Origin: Octopus vulgaris
Taxonomy: Eukaryota
Direction of reading: 5' to 3'
Assembly (NCBI GenBank): GCA_951406725.2
Contig: OX597832.1
Coordinates: forward strand, 21,452,001 to 21,516,000
DNA: 64,000 bases
Shown here one piece after another: positions 1 to 13,645 of this stretch; the stretch's first letter is position 1, and every line of letters begins with the position of its first letter. The notes beneath the pieces were generated by a model, which was given only the letters and a program-made list of their open reading frames with translations, was not told where the DNA came from and did not search any database. Both the position numbers and the translations under genes were made by a program.

Positions 1-44
<44 letters not shown>

Positions 45-260
45 AGCGTGTATGAATGTATGTATGAATATATGTATGTATATATGTATATGTATGTATA
101 TGTATATATATGTATGTATGTGTGTGTGTGTGTATGGACAAAGAATCTTATCAATGAGGCTGGTATATATGAGATGAATTTTTGTTTGGAACAGTAACAC
201 AAAGAATTGTAATGATGGTTAAAACGAGAGGATATTAAAAAACAAAATGTTGTCGATATA

Positions 261-997
261 CGAGAGGGTCAGCTGCAACGCTCATGCACTGACCAAGATA
301 TCATGGTGCAGCGTGATCGAATGAGGTTTATTCGTCAACACAGACCCACTTGCGTTCCACAGACTTTTTTCATTGGTCTTACTGCGCTTTGATCTCATTC
401 GGCAAGGCAGTTTTCATCCCGTTGGTCAAAAAAGCCATCAACAGTAGATAAGACATCATCATTCTTGTGATACTGGTCCCAAACAAGGTGTTTGTTTGTT
501 TTTATGTTGCTCCAGTCCATTCAGCTGTCCAAAAAGTGATCCTGCGACGGACCGGCATCAGAAAAAACGGGAAACCGGCCCTATGAATCTGTGTGACTCG
601 GGAAGGACTTTTATCCTTTATTCTATCTCCTAGAAGGATGCTATGACAACAGCTAGGGTTCCCTCACTTCTGGTGGGTTTTTCTGTGAGCCCTGCCACCA
701 ACCAAGAGTATTTCTACGCCCCCTCACTCCGATGGATTGTCATCACATATGCTAATTATCCCATAGCTGGACCCCTGATACAGTAGGGAGCTAAATCGGG
801 ATGAACATCCAGTTCAAAGCCACAGTCACGCACAGCAGCCAGTGGAACCAAAGACTTATGTGATGGAGCCTAGTCCTTATGAAACCAAACCCTTATGCAG
901 TTATCAATAAGACGAGTTGAAATTAATACATGCAAGATTTCACAGCTCTAGCATCACTCCTTCATAGTCACCCTACGAACTTTTCGGTCCTCCATCG
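261..997 (-). mobile_element. Internally deleted mariner-family relic with nested duplicated segment
   Basis: TA-flanked degenerate termini (tacgagagggtcagctg.../...cttttcggtcctccatcgta); minus strand near 330-420 resembles a mariner C-terminus (KKCVERKGDYVE-like, decayed). Confidence 0.5.
506..778 (+). repeat. 273-bp dispersed duplicate of 4102-4374 (SINE 3' half plus flank)
   Basis: Colinear, highly similar sequence from gttgctccagtcc to ggacccctga at both loci. Confidence 0.9.
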
Positions 998-1215
998 TAT
1001 ATTAAGATACATAAGCATATTTTAAACATCTCTTCTCCGGAAATGGTGGGTGTTTTTAGTTACTGCATTTGTAATTTTTCTTGCGTAATCGCGTCATCAA
1101 CTATAAACAAAATCAGGAACATTTAACATTTACCATTACTTATATAGCAAGCAGCAAATTAATTATTTCGTAATATATGTGACATATTTATTCTTATAAT
1201 TACTGTAATGTATAA

Positions 1216-2310
1216 GGCAGCAAGCTGGAAGTAATCGTTAGCGCTCTGGACGAAATACTTAGCAGTGTTTCGTCTGGCTTTACGTTCTGAGTTCAAATTT
1301 CTCCGAGGTCAACTTTGCTTTTCATCTTTTCGGGGTCGATGAATTAAGTACCAGTTGCGTACGGGTTTCGATCTAATCGACAGAACCCCTCCAGAAAAAT
1401 TTCGGACCTTGTGCCCAGGGTAGATATACTAACTAAGAATATATGTGATAGAGTTAGCATGTTGGACATGATGCTTAGCGGTGTTTCGCCCGTCTTTACG
1501 TTTTGAGTTTAAATTGCTCCGAGATCGACTTTGCCTTTCATCCTTTCGGGGTCGCTAAATTAAGTACCAGTTGCGTACTGGTTTCGATCTAATCGACTGG
1601 ACCCCTCCACAAAAATTTCTGGCCTTGTGCCTAGAGTATAAAAGAATACATGTGACATATTTATCCTTATAATTACTGTAATGTATGAAGTGGCGAGCTG
1701 ACAGAGTCGTTAGCACGCTGGATGAAATGCTTAGCAGTATTTCGTCTGCCGCTACGCTCTGAGTTCAAATTTCTGCCGAGGTCGACTTTGCCTTTCCTTT
1801 CATCCTTTCGGGGTCGATTAAATAAGTACTAGTTACGCACTGGAGTCGATATAATCGACTTAATCCGTTTGTCTGTCTGTGTTTGGCCCCTTGTGGGTAG
1901 TAAAGAAATAGGTATTTCGCCCGTCTTTACGTTCTGAGTTCAAATTTCTCCGAGGTCGACTTTGCCTTTTATCATTTCGGGGTCGATAAAACGAGTACCA
2001 GTTAGACACTGGGGTCAATGTAGTCGACTAGCCCCTTGCCCCAAATTTCAGGTGTTGTACCTTTAATAGAAAGGATTGTTACTGTAATGTATATGATGAC
2101 GAGTTGACAGAACTGTTAGCACGCCGGGCACATTAGTGAACGGCATTTCGTCCGTCTTTATATTCTGAGTTCAAATTCTCCCGATGTCGACTTTGCATTT
2201 TATTATTTCAGGGTCGATAAAACGAGTACCAGTTGAATACTGGGGTCGGTGTAATCCACTTACGACGTCCCTCGAAATTTCTGGCCTCCTACCAAGATTC
2301 GAAACTATTA
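1216..2310 (+). mobile_element. Tandem cluster of about 5 family-A tRNA-derived SINE copies
   Basis: Repeated head ggcggcgagctggcag, B-box gagttcaaat and central gtcgactttgcctttcatcctttcggggtcgat..aagtaccag (resembles the Meta/MESC SINE domain, from memory). Several copies are preceded by tactgtaatgtat. Confidence 0.9.
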
Positions 2311-2332
2311 TTACTATAATGTATCTTTTCTA

Positions 2333-2686
2333 CTCTAGAAATTTAGGAGGACGAGGCCAGTCGATTAGATCAACCTCAGTACGCACCTGGTACTTAATTT
2401 ATCGACCCTGAAAGGATGAAAGGCAAAGTCGACCTTGGTGCAATTTGAACTCAGAACGCAAAGACAGACGAAATGCCGCTAAGCATTTCGCACGGCGTGC
2501 TAGCGTTTCTGCCAGCTCACCGCCGTAAATTCGTATTCTTTACTACTGTAGGAACAAGGCCCGAAATTTTGGGGGAGGGGACCAATCGATTAAATCGACC
2601 TCAGTACGCACCTGGTACTTAATTTATCGACCGCAAAATGATAAAAGGCGAAATCGACTTCGGCGGAATTTGAACTCAGAACGTAT
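2333..2686 (-). mobile_element. Two family-A SINE copies in opposite orientation to the upstream cluster
   Basis: gaaaggatgaaaggcaaagtcgacc...gaactcagaacg...ctgccagctcaccgcc. Confidence 0.85.
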
Positions 2687-2902
2687 CGTGAAGAGGCTCT
2701 CCTGGCCTTCAGTTGTTGCTGGTTTTTCTTTTATTTTTTTTTCTCACGTGTGACAACACTAATCTACCTGTCTCTTTAAATCCCATCAACACTATGGACT
2801 TTATTTCTACGTTTTCTTAGAGTGTACCTCTCTAAATCTGGACGGTTATGGGATCTTCACATCCCGATGTTTCAATAATTCTATTATATTTTTATAGTTA
2901 AA

Positions 2903-3297
2903 CTAGCAGTATCGCCCGGCGTTGCTCGGGTTTGTAAGGGAAATAACTATATAAGAATTTTTAGAGATGTAAAGTATAATAGCCATCTCAATATGGTTAA
3001 CCACAAAGGGGGGGGGTACTGTAGCTTTTTACGTTCTGAGATTTAATAATAAACTTTTAGAGAGTTACTTCCCTTATATATGCGAAAAATGCATTAAAAA
3101 TGGGAAAAATTGATGGTAAATTATTTTTAAAATCGTAGACTCATCGTAGTCGCGCGCTAATACCCAAAAGGACTCGATATGAATCACGACTATAAGATAC
3201 CCGGTTTTGGTTAAACTGCACCGCAAAATGTGGGAGTAGTTAGGAATCTAAATCGTAGGAGACAGACAGCATACAACCTTACTTTTATATATAAAGA
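2903..3297 (-). mobile_element. Non-autonomous Helitron
   Basis: Minus strand starts a|TCtttatatataaaag and ends with the hairpin cccgagcaacgccggg followed by CTAG|t; A|T target and no TSD, the canonical Helitron termini. Confidence 0.85.
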
Positions 3298-3991
3298 TAT
3301 AATAAATTGTATTTTAAACATTTTGAAAATATTTTGTGTATTGCAGAAGTAAAACTAATTTATTACACATGAATTTCAACACTGGAATCTTATGTGGACT
3401 CCCACGTGACATATGAACCCTGGTTGAGAAACACTGTTGTAGAAGAACGCAGTCCTGAAATTAATGACTCCAATGATGATAATGAAGTTAATGACTCTTC
3501 TATTTTTCCTAAGAGTCAAAGCCATACACCTTATTCGGGGCTCCCTCATCGGCCCTCTGCCTTTTTCGTTTTTCTTTTTGTACAATATTGAACACTATAT
3601 ATGGTGGTTGCTCCTTCTTCACAGATGATTGCCATGCCCTTCAGCTTCCTCGCTGTCAATAGCATTTCTGACTTTCCGTCCATGACCTCTCATCTGATTC
3701 TGCATTCGTGTTGCTGATCTGCTTCGTTTGGAGCATAGGTGACAGACGAAAGTTGTAACTTATTGTCCGCTTCCATCCTCATTTACATTTCCAGTGTCAT
3801 AGGACAATCAGCTGAGGTCACCATAAAGAGACATCAGTAGGTCATTGGGTTATAATGATAAACGTCTGGACAACACGAGTACCAATCTCTGAGTCCCCGT
3901 GGTTAGTACCGAGTGAGAGGCCGAAGCGAGATGACCAGTAATCACGTGAAATCACAGGTTTTATATCAGATTTTCCATCTCTTAGAAGGAT

Positions 3992-4220
3992 GTAGAGGTG
4001 CGTGGCTTAGTGGTTCGGGTGTTGGACTCATGATCGTAAGAATATAGTTTCGATCTCTAGACCGATCGACAAGTTGTGTTCTTGATTTCACTTCACTTCA
4101 CGTTGCTCCAGTCCACTCAGCTGTCAAAAAAGTGATCCTGCGACGGACCGGCAGCAGAAAAACCGGAAAACCGGCCCTATGAATATGTATGACTCGGGAA
4201 GGACTTTTATCCTTTATTCT
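3992..4220 (+). mobile_element. Family-C tRNA-derived SINE with 15-bp TSD
   Basis: A-box tggcttagtgg and B-box-like gtttcgatc; TSD atctcttagaaggat (3977-3991) / atctcctagaaggat (4221-4235). Confidence 0.8.
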
Positions 4221-4439
4221 ATCTCCTAGAAGGATACTATAACAACGGCTAGGGTTCCTTCACTTCTGGTGGATTTTTCTGTGAGCCCTGCAACCAACCA
4301 AGGGTATTTCTGCGCCCCCTCACTGCGATGGATTGTCATCACATATGCTACTTATCCCATAGCTGGACCCCTGACATATGGTCCTTGAGAAGAACAGTGG
4401 ATAACAAGTGTTTCCACATTCCTCAAAAACGCATACACA

Positions 4440-4642
4440 CACACACACGCACACACAAACACATACACACAGGTATATAAATAGGACAGGTTCCTTTCAG
4501 TTTCCCTCTCCAAATCCACTCACAAGGATTTGGTCGGCTTGAGGCTATGGTGGACGCTTGCCCAAGGTGCCTCGCATTGGGACTGAACCCAGAACCACGT
4601 GGGTCGGGAAGCAAGCTTCTTACCACACAGCCACGCATGCGC
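4440..4642 (-). mobile_element. Family-B CORE-type SINE, 5' half
   Basis: Minus strand tRNA head gtggctgtgtggtaag, gggttcagtccc and CORE-like gcaccttgggcaag. Confidence 0.8.
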
Positions 4643-5047
4643 CTAGTATAATAGATTATTAGCCCGTTCCCCCACCCACGTCCATAAAAAAAAAGCTCTT
4701 CTGCTTCCTGTCTGTTTCTCATTCATACTTCCACCGCCTTTCACCTTCCACCACCTCGTTCCACTGATTCTGTCGCCGCCGCCGCCGCCACTGCCACCGC
4801 CGCCTTCTCCAGCATGGCTTCTTAATGGAGCTGCTGCTGCTGCCTCAACCGCCGCCATTTCTATTGCCGCTGCTGATCCGCCGTATCCAGCTCCGTCGTC
4901 CGTTATTATCCGTGTGTTGCTGATGAGGTTCAGAGAACGAAAAAAGAAAGATTTCCTCCGATTCTCTGGCAAATAACACTACGGCTATTGATCCGACCGT
5001 TCTATTGACTTATATAGCATAACAAAAAACAGACAAAAGATATAGAC

Positions 5048-5113
5048 ACATATATATATATGTGTGTGTGTATGTGTTTCTGTGGAGGGATGTGTGTGTG
5101 TGTTTGTGTGTGT

Positions 5114-5173
<60 letters not shown>

Positions 5174-7130
5174 GTTTGTGTGCGTGTGTGTGTGTGTGTA
5201 AAATATAAAGAAAAATGAAATAAAAATACTAGAAACAACAAGAACAATATTTGTAGCTGGTAATAGAAACCTCGACAAAAACAACAACAACAACAACAGC
5301 AATGACAGCAATAACAACAACAATAACGACAACGACAACAACAAGACGACGACCATGTTGATAACAACAACAACAACAACAGCAATAGTGCAACTAGCAA
5401 CAACAACAAGAAAAAACAAACAGCAATAACAATCAAAGTAAGAACAACAATAAAGGCAATAACAAAAGCAATGAAGATGATGACGATGACGTTGGATGAC
5501 GACGAGGAAGACGGAGATAATAACTAAAAGAGATTAAAATGAGACGACAACAACCAACAACAACAACAAGAACAACAACAATAAACTGAACGAAAACAAG
5601 GAAAACAACGCCAGGAACATTTAAATGCAAACGTTGAAAAAGAGGCAAATGGTAAATCCTTAAAAAACAAAACAAAAAATATTATTTACGCATACACACG
5701 TTTATACATACATAGACACACACATACAGATACACGTAGAGATACACACACGCGCATATATATAGATATACATAGAGACACTCACATACAACCGCACACA
5801 TATACACACACATGCACATATACATACATATGTGGCGACGAACATTGGAATAGGAAAGCGCGCGCACATACATACACACATATATATATACGCATATATA
5901 CATGCTCATACATACAGATGCACGCGAGCACAATTTCACACATATACATATGCATAGATGCACACATACACATACGCAGGCACACGGACACATTTGTATA
6001 CACACACACATATGTATATATATGCAGACATACATACACACATACGCTCACACACATATACATATGGACATACACACGCACTCACGCGCACACACGCACA
6101 CGTATATATATATATATATGGAGATACACACACGCGTACACACACAAACACAAGCACACACACATATATATATGTGGACATACACACACACACACACACA
6201 TAGCACACACACACACATACGCACACACATAGCACACACACATCACACACACATATATATATACGGGCATACACACGCACACACACGCAGCACACACACA
6301 CGTATATGGACATACACACACACGCATACACACACACATACACACACATATACACACAAAGACACGCACATGCACACACATACACACACGTATACATATA
6401 CACACACGCATGCACACGCACATACACACAAACACACGCACATACACAAACAAACAAAGAGGATAAAGCACCAACTTCTCATTTGATATAGCTTAAAGGA
6501 TTAAGTCATCTCAGACAGGGAAAATAATACTTGCTTCTGTCTGTCTGACTGTCCGCTTTTTCTTTCTTTCTTTCTTTCTTTCTCTCTTTCCTTCCCTTTT
6601 CGTTCTTACTTTCTCTTTCTCTCTCTCTCTCTCGCTCTCTTTGTTCCGATTACGCAACCTCTCTCCTTCTCTCTAGTTCTTTCTCTCGCTCACGCTTCAT
6701 GTATATGTTTCTATTACACACACTGTGTCTCCCTTCTCTCTCACACACACTCCCTCTCTCTCTCTCTCACTCACTCACTCACTCCCTCCTCTCTCTCTCT
6801 CTCTCTCTGACCCCCTCCGAACTTCCCCTCTCCTTATTATATTTTCTACATTTCCTAACAACAGTTTTTCTTGCTTCCGCTTCTTCCTTGCTCTCTCTGT
6901 CCATCTCCCTCTACCCTCTCTCTCTCCCTTTTTTTGTCTCTCTTCCTCTAGATCCCTCTCTGTTTCTCTCTCTCTCTCGCTTTCTCTCTCCCTCTCTATC
7001 TATCTATCTATCAATCTCTCTACCTATGTATCTAACTATCTATTTATCTACCTTCTTTCCTTCTCTCTTTCTCTCGTTCTTTTTATTCGTTTCCTTTATT
7101 TCTATATTTGTTGCACTTGTTTTATTTTTA
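5048..7130. repeat. Compound microsatellite field: (TG)n, (CAA)n, (CA/TA)n, (CT)n
   Basis: Direct inspection; accounts for the low-complexity ORFs. Confidence 0.9.
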
Positions 7131-7344
7131 ATGAATGAATTAATGAATGAAATACAGTAGTAAACAATCTAACGAAGTAATTAAAGAATGATGGAAGGAA
7201 GAGAGGAATACAGGAAGGACGTAATGAATGAACAGAACAAATCAAAAAATTAACAAAATGAACTAAAGCAATCACATATGAATGAATATTTATGAAACTG
7301 ATACAGAGATGATGTATATATTTTAGTTAGATACATCTTACAGA

Positions 7345-8440
7345 TTATCTGGACTGAATCGTCAGCAATGTTTCTTGGGTCCCAAGTGGTTTCGAGTCTT
7401 TCGACGTCAGACCTCCTCACCCAGTTGACTCAGCCGATATTGATCAAGTATCAACTTGCATCCCAATAACAGCAAGGCATTCATCTGTCCCCTTTATCCA
7501 AAACCACCTAATGGCCTTCTCTGCATTTTCAGAGATGGAATATGTATAACCTCCCTCTTTGCTGCGACTGTATCTCCAAGCCCATTCAGACCTTTGCAAA
7601 ATGAATGCCCAACAAAACCTCAATAGCCCACTTCTATTGCCTAGCAATGAGCCTGCCAATTCCAGTTTCTGCAGTACTCTACCGGCTCTGGGTATTTGAC
7701 AAGCCTCTTCTGAGGTGCCTCCTTCATGTGTTCCTCCCAGGACACAGTCAGTTCCGACATGATTACCTGGTTGGCTGAATTTGAGATTACTGTCTGGCGG
7801 AGTGTGTTTGCTACGATGTGATCTAGGGACTTTAACTCTTCGATGGGATCCACTCTCACCTGCCAGTTTTGAGGCTATGAAAAGTAAACATAATGGTCGT
7901 TGAAGTTTCAATGAATTGGACTTCTTTGAGCAGAGGGCTCAACAAGAGGTCTCTGTCTCAATTTTTATGTCAATACAATTTCTGTACTTCATAGCCTCTA
8001 TTGTTCTTGACACAATGACCACTTCTGAGAGTCCACTAAATGGGAAACATAAGAAGTTGGTTGACCCATATGGATCAATGCTGCTTAGGATCCTTGGTAA
8101 GACAAGCTAAAATCTCAAAAGACTTCTAATCTTCCTCTCCGGAGTTTCCACAGTTGACATGTTGATATCGTATAGCGACAGAGGCCACAAAATCCTTTGC
8201 AGAATAGCATATTGGTACTTCTAGATTTTGACGCAAAATCTAGAAAAATCTTGAAATATCCGGATATGTCGATTTTGATTAACCAGTTCTCAAAGATTTT
8301 GAAGCTTCTGTGGATGGAAACTATGCCTATTAGGCTACTGTCAAAGACATTCTCCAAGCGCTTGACTGGTTGTTTTATCAAGGTTGGGATGGTGGCACCG
8401 GACAATGTAAAGAGAAGCTTTTCAACCTCCGTGGTTTAGC
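7345..8440 (-). mobile_element. Decayed HERO-like non-LTR retrotransposon (RT tail, restriction-like endonuclease, 3' UTR)
   Basis: Translated pieces IPTLIKQPVKRLENVFDSSL, WQVRVD..QVIMSELTVSWEEHMKEA..KY, AIEVGY*GF and AEKAIRWFWIK match the ELTVPWEE / IEVGCRGF / AEKASRWLW motifs of HERO-type elements; stops and frameshifts present. Confidence 0.8.
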
Positions 8441-8694
8441 TGGTCGAAACTTCGAAGTTACTGTCAATAATATTCTTATTTAAGAATTATATATATGTGT
8501 GTGTGTGTGTGTAAATCATAAATAACAAATTGTTTCGTAACTTAAAAACATGTATATCATTTACATTATTATATTTAATAATAAATAAATTTCTTACATG
8601 TCTGCGTTACTGCCAAATGCAAAGAGTCTTTGAAAATAATGAAGAATTTAAGCTACATCGTCACGTGAACAAAATTCTCTGCAAAACGAAGACT

Positions 8695-8950
8695 TTGCTA
8701 GCTGAGTCGACTGGAATAATGTAGTATGAAGTGTTTTGCTCAGGAACAGAACGCATCGCTCAGTCGAGGAATCGAAACCACAATCTTACTGTCATGAGTC
8801 CAACACTTTAAAGACCAAAACACGTGCCTCCATACAGATGAGTGAACTGGTGTAACGTGAAATAAAGTGTCTTGATCAAAAATATAACAGACAGCCCGGC
8901 CCTGAAATCGAACTCACAACCTCATGATAGTAAACCCGACACTCTAAACA
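8695..8950 (-). mobile_element. Two decayed family-C SINE fragments
   Basis: ttgctcaggaacagaacgcatcg..gaatcgaaacc and tcttgatcaa..aatcgaactcacaacc. Confidence 0.6.
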
Positions 8951-9263
8951 CAGAGCTATATATATATCGAAATGGTCTTTGCAACTTCTTGATGTATCTT
9001 TTTATCCATATAGAGACCTATCAGATGATGTATGTAAATGAGAGCGTACGCACATGTGTGTGTGCGTGTGTGTGTGTGTGTGTGTTTATGTGTGTGTGTG
9101 TGTGTATGTGTGTGTGTGTCTATCTACAAGTGAATTTACACAAAAACATGTGTTGCGTATCTGACGCAATGTCTGTCTGTTGATTGTTTGTGTGTTTGTC
9201 TGACTGTCTGGGAGACTCTAACTATGAAGTGTAATATTTTTACAGGCATCACCGACGTCGACA

Positions 9264-9865
9264 TCATCATCATCAACTTCATCATCATCGTAGTTTCGTA
9301 GTGTCATCATCATCTTCATCATCAGCAGCAGCAACATCATCACGATCAACATATCGTGCTCTTCTTCTTCTTCTTCTTCTTCTTCTTCTTCTTCTTCTTC
9401 TTCTTCTTCTTCTTCTTCTTCTTCTTCTTCTTCTCCTACTACTACTACTACAACTACTTGTTTTTCATTTTCTTATCCTCCTCTTTCTTCTTCTTCTTGT
9501 TCTTCTTCTTTTTCTTCTTCTCCTCCTCCTCCTCCTCCTCCTTGTTCTTCATTTTCTTCTCCTCCTCTTTCTTCTTTTTCTTCTTCTTCGTCTTCTTCTT
9601 CCCCCCCCTACTTCTCATTCTTTTTTCTTCATGCCCCTTCTTCTAATACTGCTCTTTACCGTCCCGAGTTCTCCTTTGCGTCCACCTTGCCACACGTCCT
9701 GCCCTCTTCTCCTCTACCTCATCATCATCCTCATCATTATTATCATGATCCTCAGTATCATGACCTTCACCATCATCATGATCTTCATCATCGTCATCAT
9801 TATCATCATCATCGTCGTCGTCATCATCATCACCATTATCATCATCATCATCATCATCGTCATCG

Positions 9866-9907
<42 letters not shown>

Positions 9908-9938
9908 CCACCACCACCACCATCACCACCATCACCAC

Positions 9939-9982
<44 letters not shown>

Positions 9983-10090
9983 CCATCATCGTCGTCGTCA
10001 TCATTATCATCCGCAGCAGCAGCATCATGATCATCATCTTCCTCATCCCCATCGTCGTCATCACCGTCCTCTTCACCCATCGATATATAT
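9264..10090. repeat. (CTT)n and (CAT)n trinucleotide tracts
   Basis: Direct inspection; source of the poly-L/I/H/D/M ORFs. Confidence 0.95.
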
Positions 10091-10226
10091 CGTCATCATT
10101 TCCATCAATATAACTAATTATCGTCTATTTATATATCTATTTTTGATTATCTCTTTTTCTTCTTCCACCCCACCCCTCTCACTTATGCTCACACGTACTC
10201 TCACATACAGACACCAACATGTTGAG

Positions 10227-10263
<37 letters not shown>

Positions 10264-10476
10264 ACCATTTTCCACATGCTACATGAACACACACAGACAC
10301 ACGAGCACTGACACAAAAAGACCCTCCACCACACACACACTCATATATACACACATACATATATGTATATATATATATATACGTATATGTATATATACAT
10401 ATGTATCTACATACGTATATATATATGTGTAAATATATATATATATGTGTGTGTGTGTATGTATGTATGTATATAC

Positions 10477-10521
<45 letters not shown>

Positions 10522-10729
10522 CGTACATATATGCATATATAAATATGTATATAGATAGACCTAGATATAGAAGTGTACATACATACATATATATATGCAT
10601 TTATTATATATATATATATACAAAAACATGCATACATACATATATATATATATCTTTATAGAAACATGGGCATATACATACATTTATATATATATATACA
10701 TATATACGTGTGTTTGAGTATATGTGTGC

Positions 10730-10770
<41 letters not shown>

Positions 10771-11094
10771 CATATGTATGTAAATGTTACGTTTTTACCA
10801 GTCGTTTTCGCCCTCCTCCACGCTGTATAATTATCTATATATTTTCTTATCTATATCATAATAAACTTAACAAGCATTAAACTTGAATGTCCAACTCCAT
10901 CCCACCTCTCCGCCGCCAAAACACACCCAACACCAGCACTACGTAAGACAATATCACCACCATTAACGCCATGACCAACACTAAAACCTCCGAACAGAAT
11001 CAAGTCATCTGCAATCTAGAAATCGGTTTTTTTGGCTGGAATCCTTACCATCACGTCCACCTGCGCCGCGGCTGCCGACGGTACCTCTACCAGC

Positions 11095-11460
11095 ATCACG
11101 ACCACCACCACCATCACCACCACCATCAATACCACCATCACCACCTCCCCCATCACCCCCCCCATCACCTTCACAACCATCACCATCACCACCACCACAA
11201 CCATCATCACCACCACAACCATCACCACCACCACAACCATCACCATTACCACTATCATCACCACCACCACCATCATTAACACCCCCATCACCTTCACAAC
11301 CATCACCATCACTACCACCACAACCATCATCACCACCACAACCATCACCACCATCATTAACACCCCCATCACCTTCACAACCATCACCATCACCACCACC
11401 ACAACCATCATCACCACCGCAACCATCACCACCACCACAACCATCTCTACGACCACAATC
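11095..11460. repeat. (CAC/CAT)-rich minisatellite with an 81-bp higher-order unit
   Basis: catcattaacacccccatcaccttcacaacc recurs at 11271 and 11352. Confidence 0.8.
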
Positions 11461-11996
11461 CAGTGAGGAGACCATTACCCAGTCACTCAACTTACTTGAT
11501 GTAGGAACAAATTTTTGCCTCAATCCTTTCATCTCCCAACTTATAAAGGATCTCAGAGCATGTGTACATTTTACTGGATGGTCATGGCTGAAATAACTTT
11601 GATCATAGACCAACTAAGCCAGAGCAGACCTGGGGATAAGCAATAATGACGTACAGAAACCCCTCAATATGGGAACAGCGCCATCATCACTAAAATCAAC
11701 GCCAGCACCACCATCACCGACACCACCACCGCCGCCATTATCACCACCACTGTTCGCGCCTCCAACACCACTGCCATTACTGCCATCACCATCGCCGCCA
11801 CAACTAGCGATATCGTAAACCGAAACATGTGTCTGATCGCCAGCACCAACGCAACCGCAGTCAAAAACACACGCCACCACTCCCACCAAGACTATACCAG
11901 CACCAACACTGCTACATCAGCAGAGTCACTATTATAACGAAAAACATCGCCATTGAAGCACGACTGTAACATCAGCAACAAACGAGAAAAGCACCA

Positions 11997-12042
<46 letters not shown>

Positions 12043-12194
12043 TTGTATGTATGTATATATATATATTATATATATATCACCTATATGCATATCTATATCT
12101 ATCTATATATATATATATATATGCATATATCTAGATATAGATATGCATATACGTATATAGATATATATACACACACACACATATATATATACAT

Positions 12195-12238
<44 letters not shown>

Positions 12239-12389
12239 AATATAAGAGAGTGTTCACTAAATTGATCACTCTAGCACCAGTTAATCCAAGAGGTTTCAAC
12301 CACGAAAAATACATGTTTCCCATGAAAGCCGGTACGACTGTTAGCTCACACGGACAGGGCAAATAAAAAATAACAAAAATACAGATTAT

Positions 12390-12467
12390 CTTGGGACAAT
12401 TGTTTCGCTATTAATGAATTAAATGTAATATTACTTACAGCAATCCATTTGTAGCTCTTCAGCCAAG
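12390..12467 (-). ncRNA. Type I hammerhead ribozyme, copy 1
   Basis: CTTGG-CTGAAGA-GCTA..TAGC-GAAA-C-AATT-G-TC-CCAAG: full core, stem I CTTGG/CCAAG, palindromic loop III, GUC cleavage site between 12395 and 12394. Confidence 0.9.
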
Positions 12468-12924
12468 GCTATCTTGATGAAATCCACTCAATCACACGCC
12501 AGATTTTACCATAACGATAATTACGCGTGCGGTTCAATTGATTACATCGGACGTTATAATTCAAATGCCCCAACCAACAGCGCGCCAAACTCTCACGGAA
12601 AACAAAATACAGCATTTAGAAATAAATGCAGCATAATTATAATTAATTAATAAGGGTGAGAGAATTAGATACTAATTTAATAGTATATTTATTCCACACC
12701 AAGTGGCCTAGTGCTACGAGAAACCTGGATTATTATAATATTTTATAACATATTATAATATTTTCACAAAATAAATATAAGAGAGTGTTCACTAAATTGA
12801 TCACTCTAGCACCAGTTAATCCAAGAGGTTTCAACCACGAAAAATACATGTTTCCCATGAAAGCCGGTACGACTGTTAGCTCACACGGACAGGGCAAATA
12901 AAAAATAACAAAAATACAGATTAT

Positions 12925-13002
12925 CTTGGGACAATTGTTTCGCTATTAATGAATTAAATGTAATATTACTTACAGCAATCCATTTGTAGCTCTTCAGCCA
13001 AG
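12925..13002 (-). ncRNA. Type I hammerhead ribozyme, copy 2
   Basis: Same sequence as copy 1, offset +535. Confidence 0.9.
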
Positions 13003-13459
13003 GCTATCTTGATGAAATCCACTCAATCACACGCCAGATTTTACCATAACGATAATTACGCGTGCGGTTCAATTGATTACATCGGACGTTATAATTCAAA
13101 TGCCCCAACCAACAGCGCGCCAAACTCTCACGGAAAACAAAATACAGCATTTAGAAATAAATGCAGCATAATTATAATTAATTAATAAGGGTGAGAGAAT
13201 TAGATACTAATTTAATAGTATATTTATTCCACACCAAGTGGCCTAGTGCTACGAGAAACCTGGATTATTATAATATTTTATAACATATTATAATATTTTC
13301 ACAAAATAAATATAAGAGAGTGTTCACTAAATTGATCACTCTAGCACCAGTTAATCCAAGAGGTTTCAACCACGAAAAATACATGTTTCCCATGAAAGCC
13401 GGTACGACTGTTAGCTCACACGGACAGGGCAAATAAAAAATAACAAAAATACAGATTAT

Positions 13460-13537
13460 CTTGGGACAATTGTTTCGCTATTAATGAATTAAATGTAATA
13501 TTACTTACAGCAATCCATTTGTAGCTCTTCAGCCAAG
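13460..13537 (-). ncRNA. Type I hammerhead ribozyme, copy 3
   Basis: Same sequence as copy 1, offset +1070. Confidence 0.9.
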
Positions 13538-13645
13538 GCTATCTTGATGAAATCCACTCAATCACACGCCAGATTTTACCATAACGATAATTACGCGTGC
13601 GGTTCAATTGATTACATCGGACGTTATAATTCAAATGCCCCAACC

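Noticed and set aside
4920-4960. CTGATGAG-GTTC-AGA-GAAC-GAAA hammerhead-like string
   Set aside because: Extra core nucleotide, no stem I pairing and no repeat context.
4643-4972. Gly/Ala-rich 109-aa ORF
   Set aside because: Driven by GCC/GCT triplets; no recognisable domain or convincing splice structure.
8520-8615. Minus-strand GTAAC..GTTAC-GAAACAATT
   Set aside because: No CUGANGA segment at the required position.
11005-11613. Mucin-like or Gly-Asp-Cys repeat ORFs
   Set aside because: CAC/CAT minisatellite open in several frames on both strands.
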